Assembly (NCBI RefSeq): GCF_000015805.1
Contig: NC_009073.1
Span: 30,001 to 62,000 of the forward strand
Reading direction: 5' to 3'
From: Pyrobaculum calidifontis JCM 11548
GTDB lineage: Archaea; Thermoproteota; Thermoprotei; Thermoproteales; Thermoproteaceae
DNA: 32,000 nt
Shown: piece by piece, positions 10,597 through 19,024 of the stretch
Numbering within the stretch: position 1 is the first letter of the stretch
Layout of the letters: each line of letters opens with the position of its first letter
Notes under the pieces: generated by a model
Told to the model about the DNA's origin: nothing
Database searches by the model: none
What the model saw: only the letters and a program-made list of their open reading frames with translations
Translations under genes and position numbers: made by a program

Positions 10597-11397
10597 ATGT
10601 ATATTGAGTTGTTCGTAGTGTCTGGGCAGAGCGGCGATCTTGAGGGGGCTCTTAAGAAGGCTGTAGAGGAGATTAGGGGGAAGGTGCAGAGGCCTGATAA
10701 AGTGAGGCTTGCCACTGTGAAAATTAGGCCGGACGCTGTGGACCAAGTGTTGAAGCTTCTCGGCGAACCGCCCGATAAGGTTCCTCCGCATTACCGCTCG
10801 TTGGTGAATATGTTGAAGAAGTACGGCGTGTCGAAGTTCCCAGCTGTGGTCATAGACGGCGTCAAGGTGGGCGAGGGTGACGTCTCTGTTGACGAGGTCC
10901 TCCGCGTGGTCCAGGAGAGGGCGAGGGCCGAGTTCCCAGAGCTCGCAGGCGTCGAGCTGGCCCCGCCGAGGCCGGCCGCCGCCGAGGCGCCCAAGCCTCT
11001 GCCGCCGGTAGAGGCAAAGCCCGTCGAGGCTCCCCCGCCTGCGAGGCCGCAGCCAAGCGAGGTCGTGCCCGTAGCGCCGCCTCCTCCACCGCCCCCGCCG
11101 CCGCCACCTCCGTCACCTCCACCTCCGCCAGTTGTTCCGGCTGAGGTGCCTAGGCCAGAGCCGCCTAGGCCTGTCGAGCTTCCGCCGCCGTCGAGGCCGC
11201 CTGTTGCCGAGGTATCGCCTGTGATGCCTGCTCGCGGGAGGGTCACGGCGGTTGTAAAAGTTGTCTTGGGCCGCCCGGACAACTGCTCTGAGTGTGCCTA
11301 CTATGGCCCAGTGACGGGCAGATGCTTCCTCTTCGGATTCGCCGTCGTCGACCCGTCGCGGCCGCCGTGTAAACAGTATGCTAGAGGTGGAGGTTAA
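10597..11397 (+). CDS. Poly-proline protein with a thioredoxin-fold-like N-domain and a C-terminal 4-Cys motif (function unknown)
   Basis: ATG 10597 lies about 22 nt downstream of ctttatatt (10569-10577), so the listed 10558 start is probably too long. A Pro-rich segment spans about nt 10960-11235 and includes P12-S-P5. The C-terminus reads CSECAYYGPVTGRCFLFGFAVVDPSRPPC. The gene overlaps the next gene by 20 nt. Confidence 0.6.
   Translation: MYIELFVVSGQSGDLEGALKKAVEEIRGKVQRPDKVRLATVKIRPDAVDQVLKLLGEPPDKVPPHYRSLVNMLKKYGVSKFPAVVIDGVKVGEGDVSVDEVLRVVQERARAEFPELAGVELAPPRPAAAEAPKPLPPVEAKPVEAPPPARPQPSEVVPVAPPPPPPPPPPPPSPPPPPVVPAEVPRPEPPRPVELPPPSRPPVAEVSPVMPARGRVTAVVKVVLGRPDNCSECAYYGPVTGRCFLFGFAVVDPSRPPCKQYARGGG
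11077..11130 (+). repeat. Homopolymeric proline-codon run (PPPPPPPPPPPPSPPPPP)
   Basis: I read it directly as ccg cct cct cca ccg ccc ccg ccg ccg cca cct ccg tca cct cca cct ccg cca. Confidence 0.9.
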
Positions 11398-11908
11398 GTA
11401 CCGCGCCCGCCTTGGCGAAGTTAGGGGAAGGGTTTTGGCTTTGGGCTTTTCTCCTTGGGGCGTCTCTGAGGAGGTGGACACATACTTCCAGCACCCTTGT
11501 AGAGACTTCGCCGCCACGGACGAGGCCCTCCGGGTCAGAGTGTCGGGGCGCTCTGCTGTTTTGACATATAAGGGGCCTAGAGTAGGCGCCGGCGCCAAGA
11601 CCCGCGTTGAAGTTTCCACGTCAGCGGAGCCCTCAGTTGTCGAGCTGTTGGAGAAGCTTGGCTTTGCAAAAGTGGCCGTGGTTAAGAAGCGGCGAGAGTA
11701 CTACGAGGGGCTTGGGGTCTTGGTCTCTCTGGACGAGGTGGAGGGGCTGGGGGAGTTCGTGGAGATTGAGAAGGTGGTTGCCAGAGAGGAGGACATACTG
11801 GGCGCGGTGGAGGAGCTGAGGCGCATAGCCTCCCTCCTAGGCCTCGTGGAAGAGGTCAAAGAGACATACCTAGAGCTGGTGTTGAAGCACACTGCGAATA
11901 GGCAGTAG
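11378..11908 (+). CDS. CYTH-domain protein (triphosphate tunnel metalloenzyme / class IV adenylyl-cyclase-like)
   Basis: The N-terminal MLEVEVKYR carries the ExExK signature of CYTH/CyaB-ThTPase enzymes. The size (176 aa) and alternating beta-strand pattern fit. Confidence 0.7.
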   Translation: MLEVEVKYRARLGEVRGRVLALGFSPWGVSEEVDTYFQHPCRDFAATDEALRVRVSGRSAVLTYKGPRVGAGAKTRVEVSTSAEPSVVELLEKLGFAKVAVVKKRREYYEGLGVLVSLDEVEGLGEFVEIEKVVAREEDILGAVEELRRIASLLGLVEEVKETYLELVLKHTANRQ

Positions 11909-12119
11909 CTCGTTGTTTCTACGTCGCCAGGCCGTAACGCTAATGGCTCAAGCCGCTTTGCCAAGACCCCGAGCCGCGCACGGCTTATGCCCCACTATTC
12001 GCGGTATCACTCTCCGCGTTTCGTACATAGATGTGCTTTCAATCCTAGAATATTCAAGCGCCTCATTTAGCTCCACGCTCAGTTCGATCTCTGCCGCTCG
12101 CCAAAGCAGGTAAGTTGAC

Positions 12120-12929
12120 TTATAATTGTAACGGCGTCAGCTCTCTCCTTGTCTCTATTAACCACACCCCGAGCTCTCGCGCCTTTTCTACTGCCTTAGG
12201 CGCCGCGAGTTGGCAGTACAAAACTTTGGCCACCCGCCCCGGGAACTTGTCGGGCCACCTTCTCACAGCCTCCTCGACCCTGGCCACGACTCTTTCTACG
12301 TCGTTGGGGCCGCATCTCACCTTGGCTTCTCCCAAGACTGCCACATCCCCGGCGGCGCAGTAGACGTCGAATTCGTATTCTTCGTCCAAGAGGAGGCGTT
12401 GGGCGGAGCACACAATGCCCCTCTGTTTTAAAAACCACTCTACAAACTCCCTAGCCATCTCCTCGACGGAGATTGCCAAAGACTCAAACTGCTCCTTAGT
12501 AGCCATCCTATTCTCCAGCCGCCTTATATCCTCTTTAGTCGCAAAGCGTTCCAAGTCCTCCTTTGTGGCCATTCTGGTCTCCAAGGCCTTAAGGTCGTCC
12601 TTAGTCGCCATTCTCTCTTCCAAGCGTTTGATGTCCTCCTTGGTTGCAAATCTTTCTAAGTCCTCTTTAGTGGCAAAGCGCTGTAAATCCTCCTTTGTCG
12701 CCATTTTCGCCTCTAGGGCCTTGATGTCGTCTTTTGTGGCTACGTTGAGCGGTATTGTGATCATAGCCGCCAGCTCGGCGGCAAGCCTAGCCCTAGCCCT
12801 CGGGCTCCTCAGCAGGGTCTCCACAAGCTCCTCAGCCCCACTATCGCCAATAGCCTCTAGCAGAACCCCTCTGAGAAACTCCCTATCCTCCTCCGCCAGC
12901 CGCTTGAGAAGTCTCTTAAACTCCTCCAC
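12120..12929 (-). CDS. Coiled-coil 'ATKEDL'-repeat protein with a C-terminal PD-(D/E)xK nuclease-like domain
   Basis: There are eight ATK(E/D)(D/Q) units in alternating 9- and 13-aa spacing between aa 63 and 151. The C-terminus reads EFDVYCAAGDVAVLGEAKVRCG, a D...E-x-K arrangement typical of the restriction-endonuclease fold. From memory the architecture resembles DUF3782 plus PDDEXK_10 (formerly DUF1626); I have not verified this. Confidence 0.7.
   Translation of the reverse strand: MEEFKRLLKRLAEEDREFLRGVLLEAIGDSGAEELVETLLRSPRARARLAAELAAMITIPLNVATKDDIKALEAKMATKEDLQRFATKEDLERFATKEDIKRLEERMATKDDLKALETRMATKEDLERFATKEDIRRLENRMATKEQFESLAISVEEMAREFVEWFLKQRGIVCSAQRLLLDEEYEFDVYCAAGDVAVLGEAKVRCGPNDVERVVARVEEAVRRWPDKFPGRVAKVLYCQLAAPKAVEKARELGVWLIETRRELTPLQL
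12477..12743 (-). repeat. Tandem in-frame coding repeats (27- and 39-nt units) encoding ATKEDLxRF / ATKEDIKRLExRM
   Basis: On the + strand the region shows repeated ...tcctc(c/t)tt(a/t)gt(g/c)gc(c/a)a... units. The translation gives MATKEDLQRFATKEDLERFATKEDIKRLEERMATKDDLKALETRMATKEDLERFATKEDIRRLENRMATKEQ. Confidence 0.8.
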
Positions 12930-12957
12930 AACACTTACGAGAGCTATAAAAATAACT

Positions 12958-14709
12958 TTAGGTGGTTGGTACTTTCTTTTGGCGTTGGTACATTTCCACG
13001 AGCTCTTTTGTGGTTGTGGCGTCTTCTGGCCTTTTGTCTGTCCTGTAGCGGCCGGTGAATCGTGGGAATCTAATGGCGAGCCCCACGCCGGGCTTCACCG
13101 CGCCTATACAACACGTGTGGAGGGGTGAGAGGGTGATCTCTGCGCCTATCACCTCTATCACCACCTGGGGCACGAACCAGACGTCTGGCTGCATTTTGGA
13201 GACTACTCTTGGATGTCTGTGGGGTATTTTGAGGGGCTGGAGCATGTCGTACATCCTGCGGAGGTCTGCGTCTGTGAATCCGCTACCGACTTTGCACACT
13301 GTGTAAAACATGTCGGTTGAGGGGTCGTAGGCCGCCAGCAGAAACGCCCCGTAGAGGCCTGCCCTTTTTCCTCTGCCGTGGAAAGCGCCCACTACCACTA
13401 GGTCTACTGTGTCTATCATTTCGCTTCTGTAGTCTCTCTTGTACTTAATCCAGTTCCAGCCCCTGGCCCCCATCTCGTATGTGGAAGTGGGGGATTTGCA
13501 GATGAGGCCCTCTGTGCCCAGGGAGACGGCCTCGTGGAAGAACAAGTCCACATCCTCCGCGCCGTCGAACATTCCCCACTTGGCTATGTAGACGTCTCCC
13601 CCCTCCTCTACTACCTCGGATAGGCGTAGCCTCCTGTAGATGAGGGGCTGGGTGGTTAAATCCTCCCCGTCTACGTACAAGAGGTCGAAGAGGTAGAGGA
13701 CTGCGGGGTAGGCCTCCATTGCCTCAGCCACGTCGTGTTTCCGCTTCCGGTGCATAAGCTCTTGGAATGGCAACATCTCCCCGGTGTCTGGGTCCACTGC
13801 CACAATTTCGCCCTCCAGTATGGCCTCCCTCGCCTTGACCGCCTCTTTCACGGCCTTGGCCACGTCGGGGTATGCGTGGGTAATGTCCTCAAGCCTCCTG
13901 CTGAATATTTTCACCGAGCCCTCTCTTAGGTGTATCTGGGCCCTCTCCCCGTCGTATTTGTACTCGCAGATGGCCGTGCCGCCTAGCTTCGCCAAGATCT
14001 CCGACGCCGAGGAGAGGCGCTGGGCTAGCATGGGGAGAACAGGGACCCCCGGCGTGATTTTTATCTCCTCCAGCGGCCTCCCCTCTGCCACATGTCTCGC
14101 CAGGCGGCCTAGGTCGGGGTAGACGTGGTAAGCTCTCTCAAGCCCCTCCTTAGACACGCCGAAGGCCTCGGAGAGGGCCTCTATGAGAGTCATGTCGGCT
14201 ACTCCCAGCCTGAGCTTCCCAACTACAAATCGGGCGATGTACTTGGCCTCCTCGGGCGAGGCGCGGGAGAAGAGCGAGGAGAGGAGAGACACCTTCAAGT
14301 CCTGGGCCCCCTCTCCCGCGGCCTTGGCCACCTTGAGCAAGGTGTCGTAAACCTCGGCCACCTCCAGCGGCTTCTGCTGGGCGAAGGCCAGGAGAGTGGG
14401 CCTCTTGCCCGCCGCCAGGGCTCTCCTCGCGACTTCGCCCACGTCTCCGCTCTTCTTGTACCACCCCTCGAGCTCCGCGGCCGAGAGGCCGGTGGCCTTT
14501 GAGATGGCGCGGATGCAGAGCTTCTCGGCCACACCCAGCTCTACCCCCTCCCAGGGGGGTCTCAAATCGCCCAGGATGAAGTATACAATTTTATCGATCT
14601 CCTCCGGTTTGGCCTTTTTAAAGAGCGAGGTGAGTAGCTTCACCATGGTGGTCCGCTGCGTCGTGCTCTCCACGGCAGCTAAGACCTTGGCCAACTCGCC
14701 GAATTGCAT
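12958..14709 (-). CDS. lig: ATP-dependent DNA ligase
   Basis: The protein is 583 aa. The adenylation motif I appears as [13 protein letters not shown]. The layout is the typical archaeal Lig1 arrangement (N-terminal DNA-binding domain, nucleotidyltransferase, OB fold). Confidence 0.95.
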   Translation of the reverse strand: MQFGELAKVLAAVESTTQRTTMVKLLTSLFKKAKPEEIDKIVYFILGDLRPPWEGVELGVAEKLCIRAISKATGLSAAELEGWYKKSGDVGEVARRALAAGKRPTLLAFAQQKPLEVAEVYDTLLKVAKAAGEGAQDLKVSLLSSLFSRASPEEAKYIARFVVGKLRLGVADMTLIEALSEAFGVSKEGLERAYHVYPDLGRLARHVAEGRPLEEIKITPGVPVLPMLAQRLSSASEILAKLGGTAICEYKYDGERAQIHLREGSVKIFSRRLEDITHAYPDVAKAVKEAVKAREAILEGEIVAVDPDTGEMLPFQELMHRKRKHDVAEAMEAYPAVLYLFDLLYVDGEDLTTQPLIYRRLRLSEVVEEGGDVYIAKWGMFDGAEDVDLFFHEAVSLGTEGLICKSPTSTYEMGARGWNWIKYKRDYRSEMIDTVDLVVVGAFHGRGKRAGLYGAFLLAAYDPSTDMFYTVCKVGSGFTDADLRRMYDMLQPLKIPHRHPRVVSKMQPDVWFVPQVVIEVIGAEITLSPLHTCCIGAVKPGVGLAIRFPRFTGRYRTDKRPEDATTTKELVEMYQRQKKVPTT

Positions 14710-14747
14710 GTGGAAAATGGCGCCCCTCTTAATAAGATTGCCGCCCC

Positions 14748-15254
14748 CTAGCCGCCGTACACTTTTTCAAGGGTCCACCTGAGCACTCTCAGAATCTCCC
14801 TCTTTCTCTCCTCTGTCCTATAGTTGTAGATAGTCATCGCCGTGGCCTCGCCCTCTTGCTCCTCTAGCTCGTACCTCAGCGCTTCCTCCTGCCTCAGAGC
14901 CCCCTGCCTAACCTCTCTCGCGTCTTCCTCTCTGTACTTCTGCAGGAATTTGTCCAAGTAGAAGCGTTTGAAGAGGCCGTCCACTTTTACCGGCTCTTTG
15001 AACTTTATCCTGAGCTTGTCTCTGTACACTTCGACTGTGGCGTAGACTTCGCCGCTCCTCCCCTTCACCTCCTCCACCGCCTCCGGTCTCTCTGTCTCCT
15101 GCCGCGCGGCTTGCGCCGCCGTGGAGAAGGACTTCTCGCCTATGGCCTTGTCGATGACCTCGAGGAGGGAGGTGTAGAACTTCAACTCCTCTTGGAGCTT
15201 GGCGATTTTCTCCTCTATGACCTTTCTCACCTCTAGCAACTTCTGCACTTCCAC
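14748..15254 (-). CDS. Hypothetical coiled-coil/charged protein
   Basis: The ORF is open to 15317, but codons 13-19 of that version are themselves the A/T-rich TATA element. GTG at 15254 (VEVQKLLEV...) lies about 24 nt downstream of TATAAAAA on the minus strand and is the more likely start. I recognise no family. Confidence 0.5.
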   Translation of the reverse strand: MEVQKLLEVRKVIEEKIAKLQEELKFYTSLLEVIDKAIGEKSFSTAAQAARQETERPEAVEEVKGRSGEVYATVEVYRDKLRIKFKEPVKVDGLFKRFYLDKFLQKYREEDAREVRQGALRQEEALRYELEEQEGEATAMTIYNYRTEERKREILRVLRWTLEKVYGG

Positions 15255-15264
15255 GCCTCTTGCA

Positions 15265-15283
15265 ACATATATATTTTTATAGC
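15265..15283. promoter_or_regulatory. Back-to-back TATA elements serving divergent leaderless genes
   Basis: The sequence is acatatatatttttatagc. The atatatat half is centred about 24 nt from GTG 15295 (+). The tttttata half (TATAAAAA on the minus strand) is centred about 24 nt from GTG 15254 (-). Confidence 0.45.
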
Positions 15284-15294
15284 TTTGGAGCACT

Positions 15295-16209
15295 GTGTTA
15301 GTGGCCTCTGTCGGCAACCTGAACTTCGACGTGTATTTAAAGGTGGGCGAACTGCCCGGCGTAGACGAAAACGTGGAGGCCTTTGACCTCTACACCGGGG
15401 GCGGGGGCTCCGCGGCCAACTTCGCCGTGGCCGTGGCGAGGCTGGGACTTGGGGCTAGGTTCATCGGCGCAGTGGGGGAGGACCCGCTGGGGGAGATGGC
15501 TCTCCGCGAGCTCAGAGAGGAGGGAGTAGACATCTCCCACGTGAAGAGGGTGCCCAGCGCCAGGTCCGGCGTCGTGGTGGTGCTAGTGCACTTAGACGGG
15601 TCTAAGCGCATGTTGTCCTACAGGGGGGCCAACCTCGGCCTCTCGCCGAGCGACCTCACTGTGGAGAAATTCGCCGGGGTTAGACACATCCACTTGGCTA
15701 CTGGCAGAGTAGAGATAATTGCCCGGGCTAGGGAAATAGCCAGGGAGGTGGGGGCCACCGTGTCCATAGACGGAGGGACGGCCTTGGCTAAGAAGGGGCT
15801 TGACGTGGTCAAATCCGTGGCCGAGGGAGTAGACGTGATTTTTATGAACAGGGCAGAGGCCCGGCTGTTGACCGGCTCCTCGGACAAGAGCGCCGTCAAG
15901 AAGCTCGCCGAGGAGCTAAAGGCGAGGGAGCTGGTGGTAACGCTGGGCCCAGAGGGCGCCGTTGCCTACGACGGAGCTAGGCTTTTGCAAGTCGACGCGT
16001 TTAGAGTAGACGCCGTGGACACCACGGGCGCTGGCGACGCCTTTGCCGCCGCCTACATCGCCATGTTTCTACAGGGGAGAGACATCTACGAGAGACTGCT
16101 CTTTGCCAACGCCGCGGCCGCCATCAAGGTGACGAGGCCAGGCGCCCGCTCCTCACCGCGCCGCTGGGAGGTGGTGGCGTTTTTAGAATCGCTTGGCTAC
16201 AAGATTTAA
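15295..16209 (+). CDS. PfkB-family carbohydrate/nucleoside kinase (ribokinase-like)
   Basis: The N-terminus has the GGGGSAANFAVAVARLG di-Gly motif. The C-terminus has the DTTGAGDAFAAAYI ATP/anion-hole motif. Confidence 0.9.
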   Translation: MLVASVGNLNFDVYLKVGELPGVDENVEAFDLYTGGGGSAANFAVAVARLGLGARFIGAVGEDPLGEMALRELREEGVDISHVKRVPSARSGVVVVLVHLDGSKRMLSYRGANLGLSPSDLTVEKFAGVRHIHLATGRVEIIARAREIAREVGATVSIDGGTALAKKGLDVVKSVAEGVDVIFMNRAEARLLTGSSDKSAVKKLAEELKARELVVTLGPEGAVAYDGARLLQVDAFRVDAVDTTGAGDAFAAAYIAMFLQGRDIYERLLFANAAAAIKVTRPGARSSPRRWEVVAFLESLGYKI

Positions 16210-16231
16210 ATATACAAGAGTAGTTTAAACA

Positions 16232-16564
16232 GTGCAGAGGACTTTGTGCCTAGGTCCCCGCTGCGTCTACGGCCCCAACAGCTCCTCGCTCTTCAGATGC
16301 GGAAAAAAGGCGTTGAAACCTACAGTAAAGGGGAACAAAATCGTATTCTGGTGTACCTGGCTAAACGACGAGTGCATTGGCGCAAAATGTCAATACGCCT
16401 ACTGTGAGGCAAGGGCCATGACCCCAGAGGGGTATTGCACCTACAAGGCCGGAGGAGAGGAGGAGCCCAAGAAGGACATCTTGGCCGAGGTAAAGAAGAT
16501 AGAGAAGGAGGTAGAAAGAATACAAGTTCATCTGAAGAGACGGGGCCTTGGAGATTACTTATAG
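16232..16564 (+). CDS. Small Cys-rich protein (8 Cys) with a charged C-terminal helix
   Basis: Cys residues fall at positions 6, 11, 23, 41, 48, 53, 58 and 69, followed by KKDILAEVKKIEKEVERIQVHLKRR. The GTG start is about 22 nt downstream of tttaaatata. Confidence 0.5.
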   Translation: MQRTLCLGPRCVYGPNSSSLFRCGKKALKPTVKGNKIVFWCTWLNDECIGAKCQYAYCEARAMTPEGYCTYKAGGEEEPKKDILAEVKKIEKEVERIQVHLKRRGLGDYL

Positions 16565-16654
16565 GTGCGCTATCGACAAAAGAGGCTCGGAGTTTTCGCC
16601 TTTTTGCGTTTCTTAGTGTGGTTTAACTGAGGCTAAGATATATATGGTAACTGC

Positions 16655-17338
16655 GTGGCGCATTTCGTGAAAGGTGTTGTACTAGCTGCGGGTCTTGGCA
16701 CAAGGCTTAGGCCGCTTACATATTTTGTGCCTAAGGCCCTCGTCTCGGTGGGGGGCAAGCCCCTCGTGGACTATGTGTTGGAGTGGCTTAGGCTAAACGG
16801 GGTTAAGGACGTGGCTGTGGTGGGGTACTATATGCAAGACGTGTTGGCGCGGTACTTAGCCGAGAGACACCCCGACATAGCTTTTATAAGGTCTAGAAGA
16901 TTGCTGGGGACGGCTGGCCAGCTCTACTACGTCATGGAGTGGGTTGGGGGAGACGACGCCGTGGTGGTAAACACCGACGTGTTGACCAACCTAGAACTGA
17001 GTGCTCCCTTCTCTCTTCACAAGTCCTCTGGGGCTAAGTTGACGATTGTGGCGTATAGGCTGAGGCAACAGATGCGCTTTGGCGCCCTCCACGTAGAGGG
17101 GGAGAGGCTGGCGGCGTGGAGAGAGAAGCCTGTCTCTGAGTACGTAACAGCCGCCGGGATTTATATAATATCCGGCGTCAAGCTAGGCGAGGAATACTTA
17201 GACATGGACGCCCTAGCCCAGTCCCTCATCCCCCACGTGGCTGTGTATGTGGCAAAGGAGGCGCAGTTCGTTGACGTGGGGACCCTTGAGGACTTGAGAA
17301 AAGCCGCCGCCTTGCCCCTATCTCCGCTTAAGCCCTAA
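16655..17338 (+). CDS. Sugar-phosphate nucleotidyltransferase (NTP_transferase family)
   Basis: The N-terminal VVLAAGLGTRLRPLTYFVPKALV is the G-x-G-T-R-x-x-P-L-T signature. A TATA-like aagatatatatgg lies about 20 nt upstream of the GTG. Confidence 0.85.
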   Translation: MAHFVKGVVLAAGLGTRLRPLTYFVPKALVSVGGKPLVDYVLEWLRLNGVKDVAVVGYYMQDVLARYLAERHPDIAFIRSRRLLGTAGQLYYVMEWVGGDDAVVVNTDVLTNLELSAPFSLHKSSGAKLTIVAYRLRQQMRFGALHVEGERLAAWREKPVSEYVTAAGIYIISGVKLGEEYLDMDALAQSLIPHVAVYVAKEAQFVDVGTLEDLRKAAALPLSPLKP

Positions 17339-17382
17339 TGCGCAGTCCGTAACAAATATATATTTTCCAATAGTTGGGGGGC

Positions 17383-18105
17383 ATGAGCGTTTGTCCGGCG
17401 CTTAGGCGTGTAGAAGGCGGCTTTGTGTGTAGCTATAACAACAAGCCCATAGACCCCTTCAGCTGGTATTGTATAGGCAACTACACCGAGTGCCCCATCT
17501 TTATTAGGTTTTCTCGCGAAGTCACCAAGCCCGCGGCTCCTCCAGAGGCGGCGCCCAAGCCGCTGGCCGATGTGCTCCCCCTAGCCGCCGAGCGGCCCAG
17601 TGGAGAATTTGAAAGAGCCATAAAGCCTGTCATTGACAACGTGATTTTGAAATTCGACGACCTCGTCAAAAAACTAGACGGCGCGTGGAAGGAGTACGAG
17701 GAAAACGTGGTGAACATCAGGAGGCAGTGGGAGGTGGAGAAGATGTCTCTGCTCAGGTCGCAGGAACTCCTCAGTAGGACAATCGCGGAGTACGAGAAGA
17801 GGTTGGCGGAGCTCGAGCTAAAGAGGGACTTCCTACCCCCAGAGGCCTACGACCAGCTGAGGAGAGACCTCGAGGAGAAGTTGGCCTCTCTCCGCGCCCT
17901 CCTCGACGAGGTGAAAGCCAAGTACGACGCCCTAGAGGAGAGCCTAGGCGTCCACTTCAGGCGGGTTCTCTCCACTTCGACAAGCGCAGAGGTCATATCG
18001 CTTAAGCTGTCTCTCTCCAAGCTGGAGGAGCTTCTGCAAGAGGGGAAGATAAGCAGAGAAACCTATGAAAGACTTAAGAAGGAGCTTGAGGAGTTGATGA
18101 AATGA
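17383..18105 (+). CDS. Cys4 N-domain plus long coiled coil plus C-terminal SHOCT-like motif protein
   Basis: ATG 17383 lies about 23 nt downstream of aaatatatatttt. The N-terminus reads MSVCPALRRVEGGFVCSYNNKPIDPFSWYCIGNYTECPIF. A Pro/Ala linker and heptad-like charged helices follow. The C-terminus LQEGKISRETYERLKKELEELMK resembles the SHOCT motif. Confidence 0.6.
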   Translation: MSVCPALRRVEGGFVCSYNNKPIDPFSWYCIGNYTECPIFIRFSREVTKPAAPPEAAPKPLADVLPLAAERPSGEFERAIKPVIDNVILKFDDLVKKLDGAWKEYEENVVNIRRQWEVEKMSLLRSQELLSRTIAEYEKRLAELELKRDFLPPEAYDQLRRDLEEKLASLRALLDEVKAKYDALEESLGVHFRRVLSTSTSAEVISLKLSLSKLEELLQEGKISRETYERLKKELEELMK

Positions 18106-18638
18106 GCCTCGACGTCGCATACCTAGCCCTAGGCGAGTTGGAGAACTTGTTGAAGCAGTACGACGAGAAGCTCAAGGCCATTGAAGAGGCGTGGAGGGCG
18201 TTCGTGGACTCTGCCACAAAGGCCAAGGCCAGTTGGGACGCCGACTTGCCCAAGGTCAAAATACGCGTCGACCAGCTCCGCAACGTGGTAGACAGCTTAA
18301 AGAAGGAGATGGAAGTCCTCTTGGCCAAGAAGGAGCTGGGCTTAATCTCGGAAAGGGACTACGCAACCCTCTCCGAGGAGTTGCAGAAGAAGATAGACGA
18401 GCTGGAGAAGCGGCTAGGGGAGTTCACAGAGAAAATCGCCGAGGTCGAGGGCAGAGTGAGATACCTCTGGGCCAGGGCCTTGACGCGGGAGTATTTAAGC
18501 AAATTTGACCTGGTGGAACTTGAAAAGAGGATAGAGGATGCAAAGGCCGCGGGGAAAATCGACGATGAGACTTACGCAAAGATGAAGCAAGAGCTCGCCG
18601 TGATGAAAAGTGCTTGGGAGTTTCTAAACCTCCTCTAA
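18102..18638 (+). CDS. Coiled-coil protein with two SHOCT-like motifs
   Basis: The ATGA overlap with the upstream gene suggests translational coupling. The motifs are KKELGLISERDYATLSEELQKKIDEL and AKAAGKIDDETYAKMKQELAVMKSA. Confidence 0.6.
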   Translation: MSLDVAYLALGELENLLKQYDEKLKAIEEAWRAFVDSATKAKASWDADLPKVKIRVDQLRNVVDSLKKEMEVLLAKKELGLISERDYATLSEELQKKIDELEKRLGEFTEKIAEVEGRVRYLWARALTREYLSKFDLVELEKRIEDAKAAGKIDDETYAKMKQELAVMKSAWEFLNLL

Positions 18639-18997
18639 CAAGGCGTGACGTAGGCCACGCCGTCGCGCACTTCCACAAGCTCTACACACGAGCCGGCAGA
18701 CACGGTGCAACCGCCCACGCATACGGCCCTCCAGTACTCTCCCCCTATCTTCACCACGCCCCTAGGCCCCAAATCCTCCACGGCTACCCCCCTCCCGCCC
18801 ACGTAGGCAAACCCCCTAGGCCTCTCTTTGACCACCTTAGCCCCCACGTAGGCGGCCAAGGCGGCAAAGGGCGCCGCCACCGCTGCGGCGGCCCACAACG
18901 GAATTACGCCGAGGGCGTACAGCGCCAGAGCAACCACCGCGGGAGCCGCCAATAGCAGGAGGTCGTCCAACAAGGCAAGTAATAGGAGCAATCGCAT
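18635..18997 (-). CDS. NfeD-like membrane protein (short form)
   Basis: The likely start is ATG 18997 (MRLLLLLALLDD...). Two hydrophobic helices are followed by a C-terminal OB-like segment, GRGVAVEDLGPRGVVKIGGEYWRAVC...VELVEVRDGVAYVTP, typical of the NfeD C-domain. The longer ORF to 19144 overlaps the divergent Clp1 gene. Confidence 0.6.
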   Translation of the reverse strand: MRLLLLLALLDDLLLLAAPAVVALALYALGVIPLWAAAAVAAPFAALAAYVGAKVVKERPRGFAYVGGRGVAVEDLGPRGVVKIGGEYWRAVCVGGCTVSAGSCVELVEVRDGVAYVTPC

Positions 18998-19024
18998 ATA
19001 TACCCAAGCCCCCGTGCTTATATG
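18994..19024. promoter_or_regulatory. Interleaved divergent TATA boxes in a 24-bp intergenic gap
   Basis: The box catatatac (18995-19003) is centred about 23 nt upstream of ATG 19022 (+). The box cttatatg (19017-19024, read on the minus strand) is centred about 23 nt upstream of ATG 18997 (-). Each box overlaps the partner gene's start codon. Confidence 0.4.

Noticed and set aside
10074-10715. 213-aa minus-strand ORF antisense to the AMMECR1-like gene
   Set aside because: This is a shadow ORF of G+C-rich coding sequence. It has no motif and odd composition, and it spans a gene boundary and promoter. The plus-strand gene has a clear family signature.
10791-11282. 163-aa Gly-rich minus-strand ORF (GGGGGDGGGGGGGGGGGG) and the overlapping 86-aa ORF
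   Set aside because: It is simply the reverse complement of the proline-codon tract. The plus-strand reading has structured terminal domains and a properly spaced TATA box.
11948-12076. Possible 42-aa minus-strand ORF (VELNEALEYSRIESTSMYETRRVIPRIVGHKPCAARGLGKAA) in the 211-bp convergent gap, and the 66-aa plus-strand ORF at 11913-12113
   Set aside because: Neither has a promoter-like element at the right spacing, a recognisable motif or any independent support. The gap may just hold two terminators.
12415-13128. 237-aa plus-strand Ser/Leu-rich ORF
   Set aside because: It is antisense to the ATKEDL-repeat gene. Its periodic low-complexity sequence mirrors the repeats, and it runs across the TATA element into the ligase gene.
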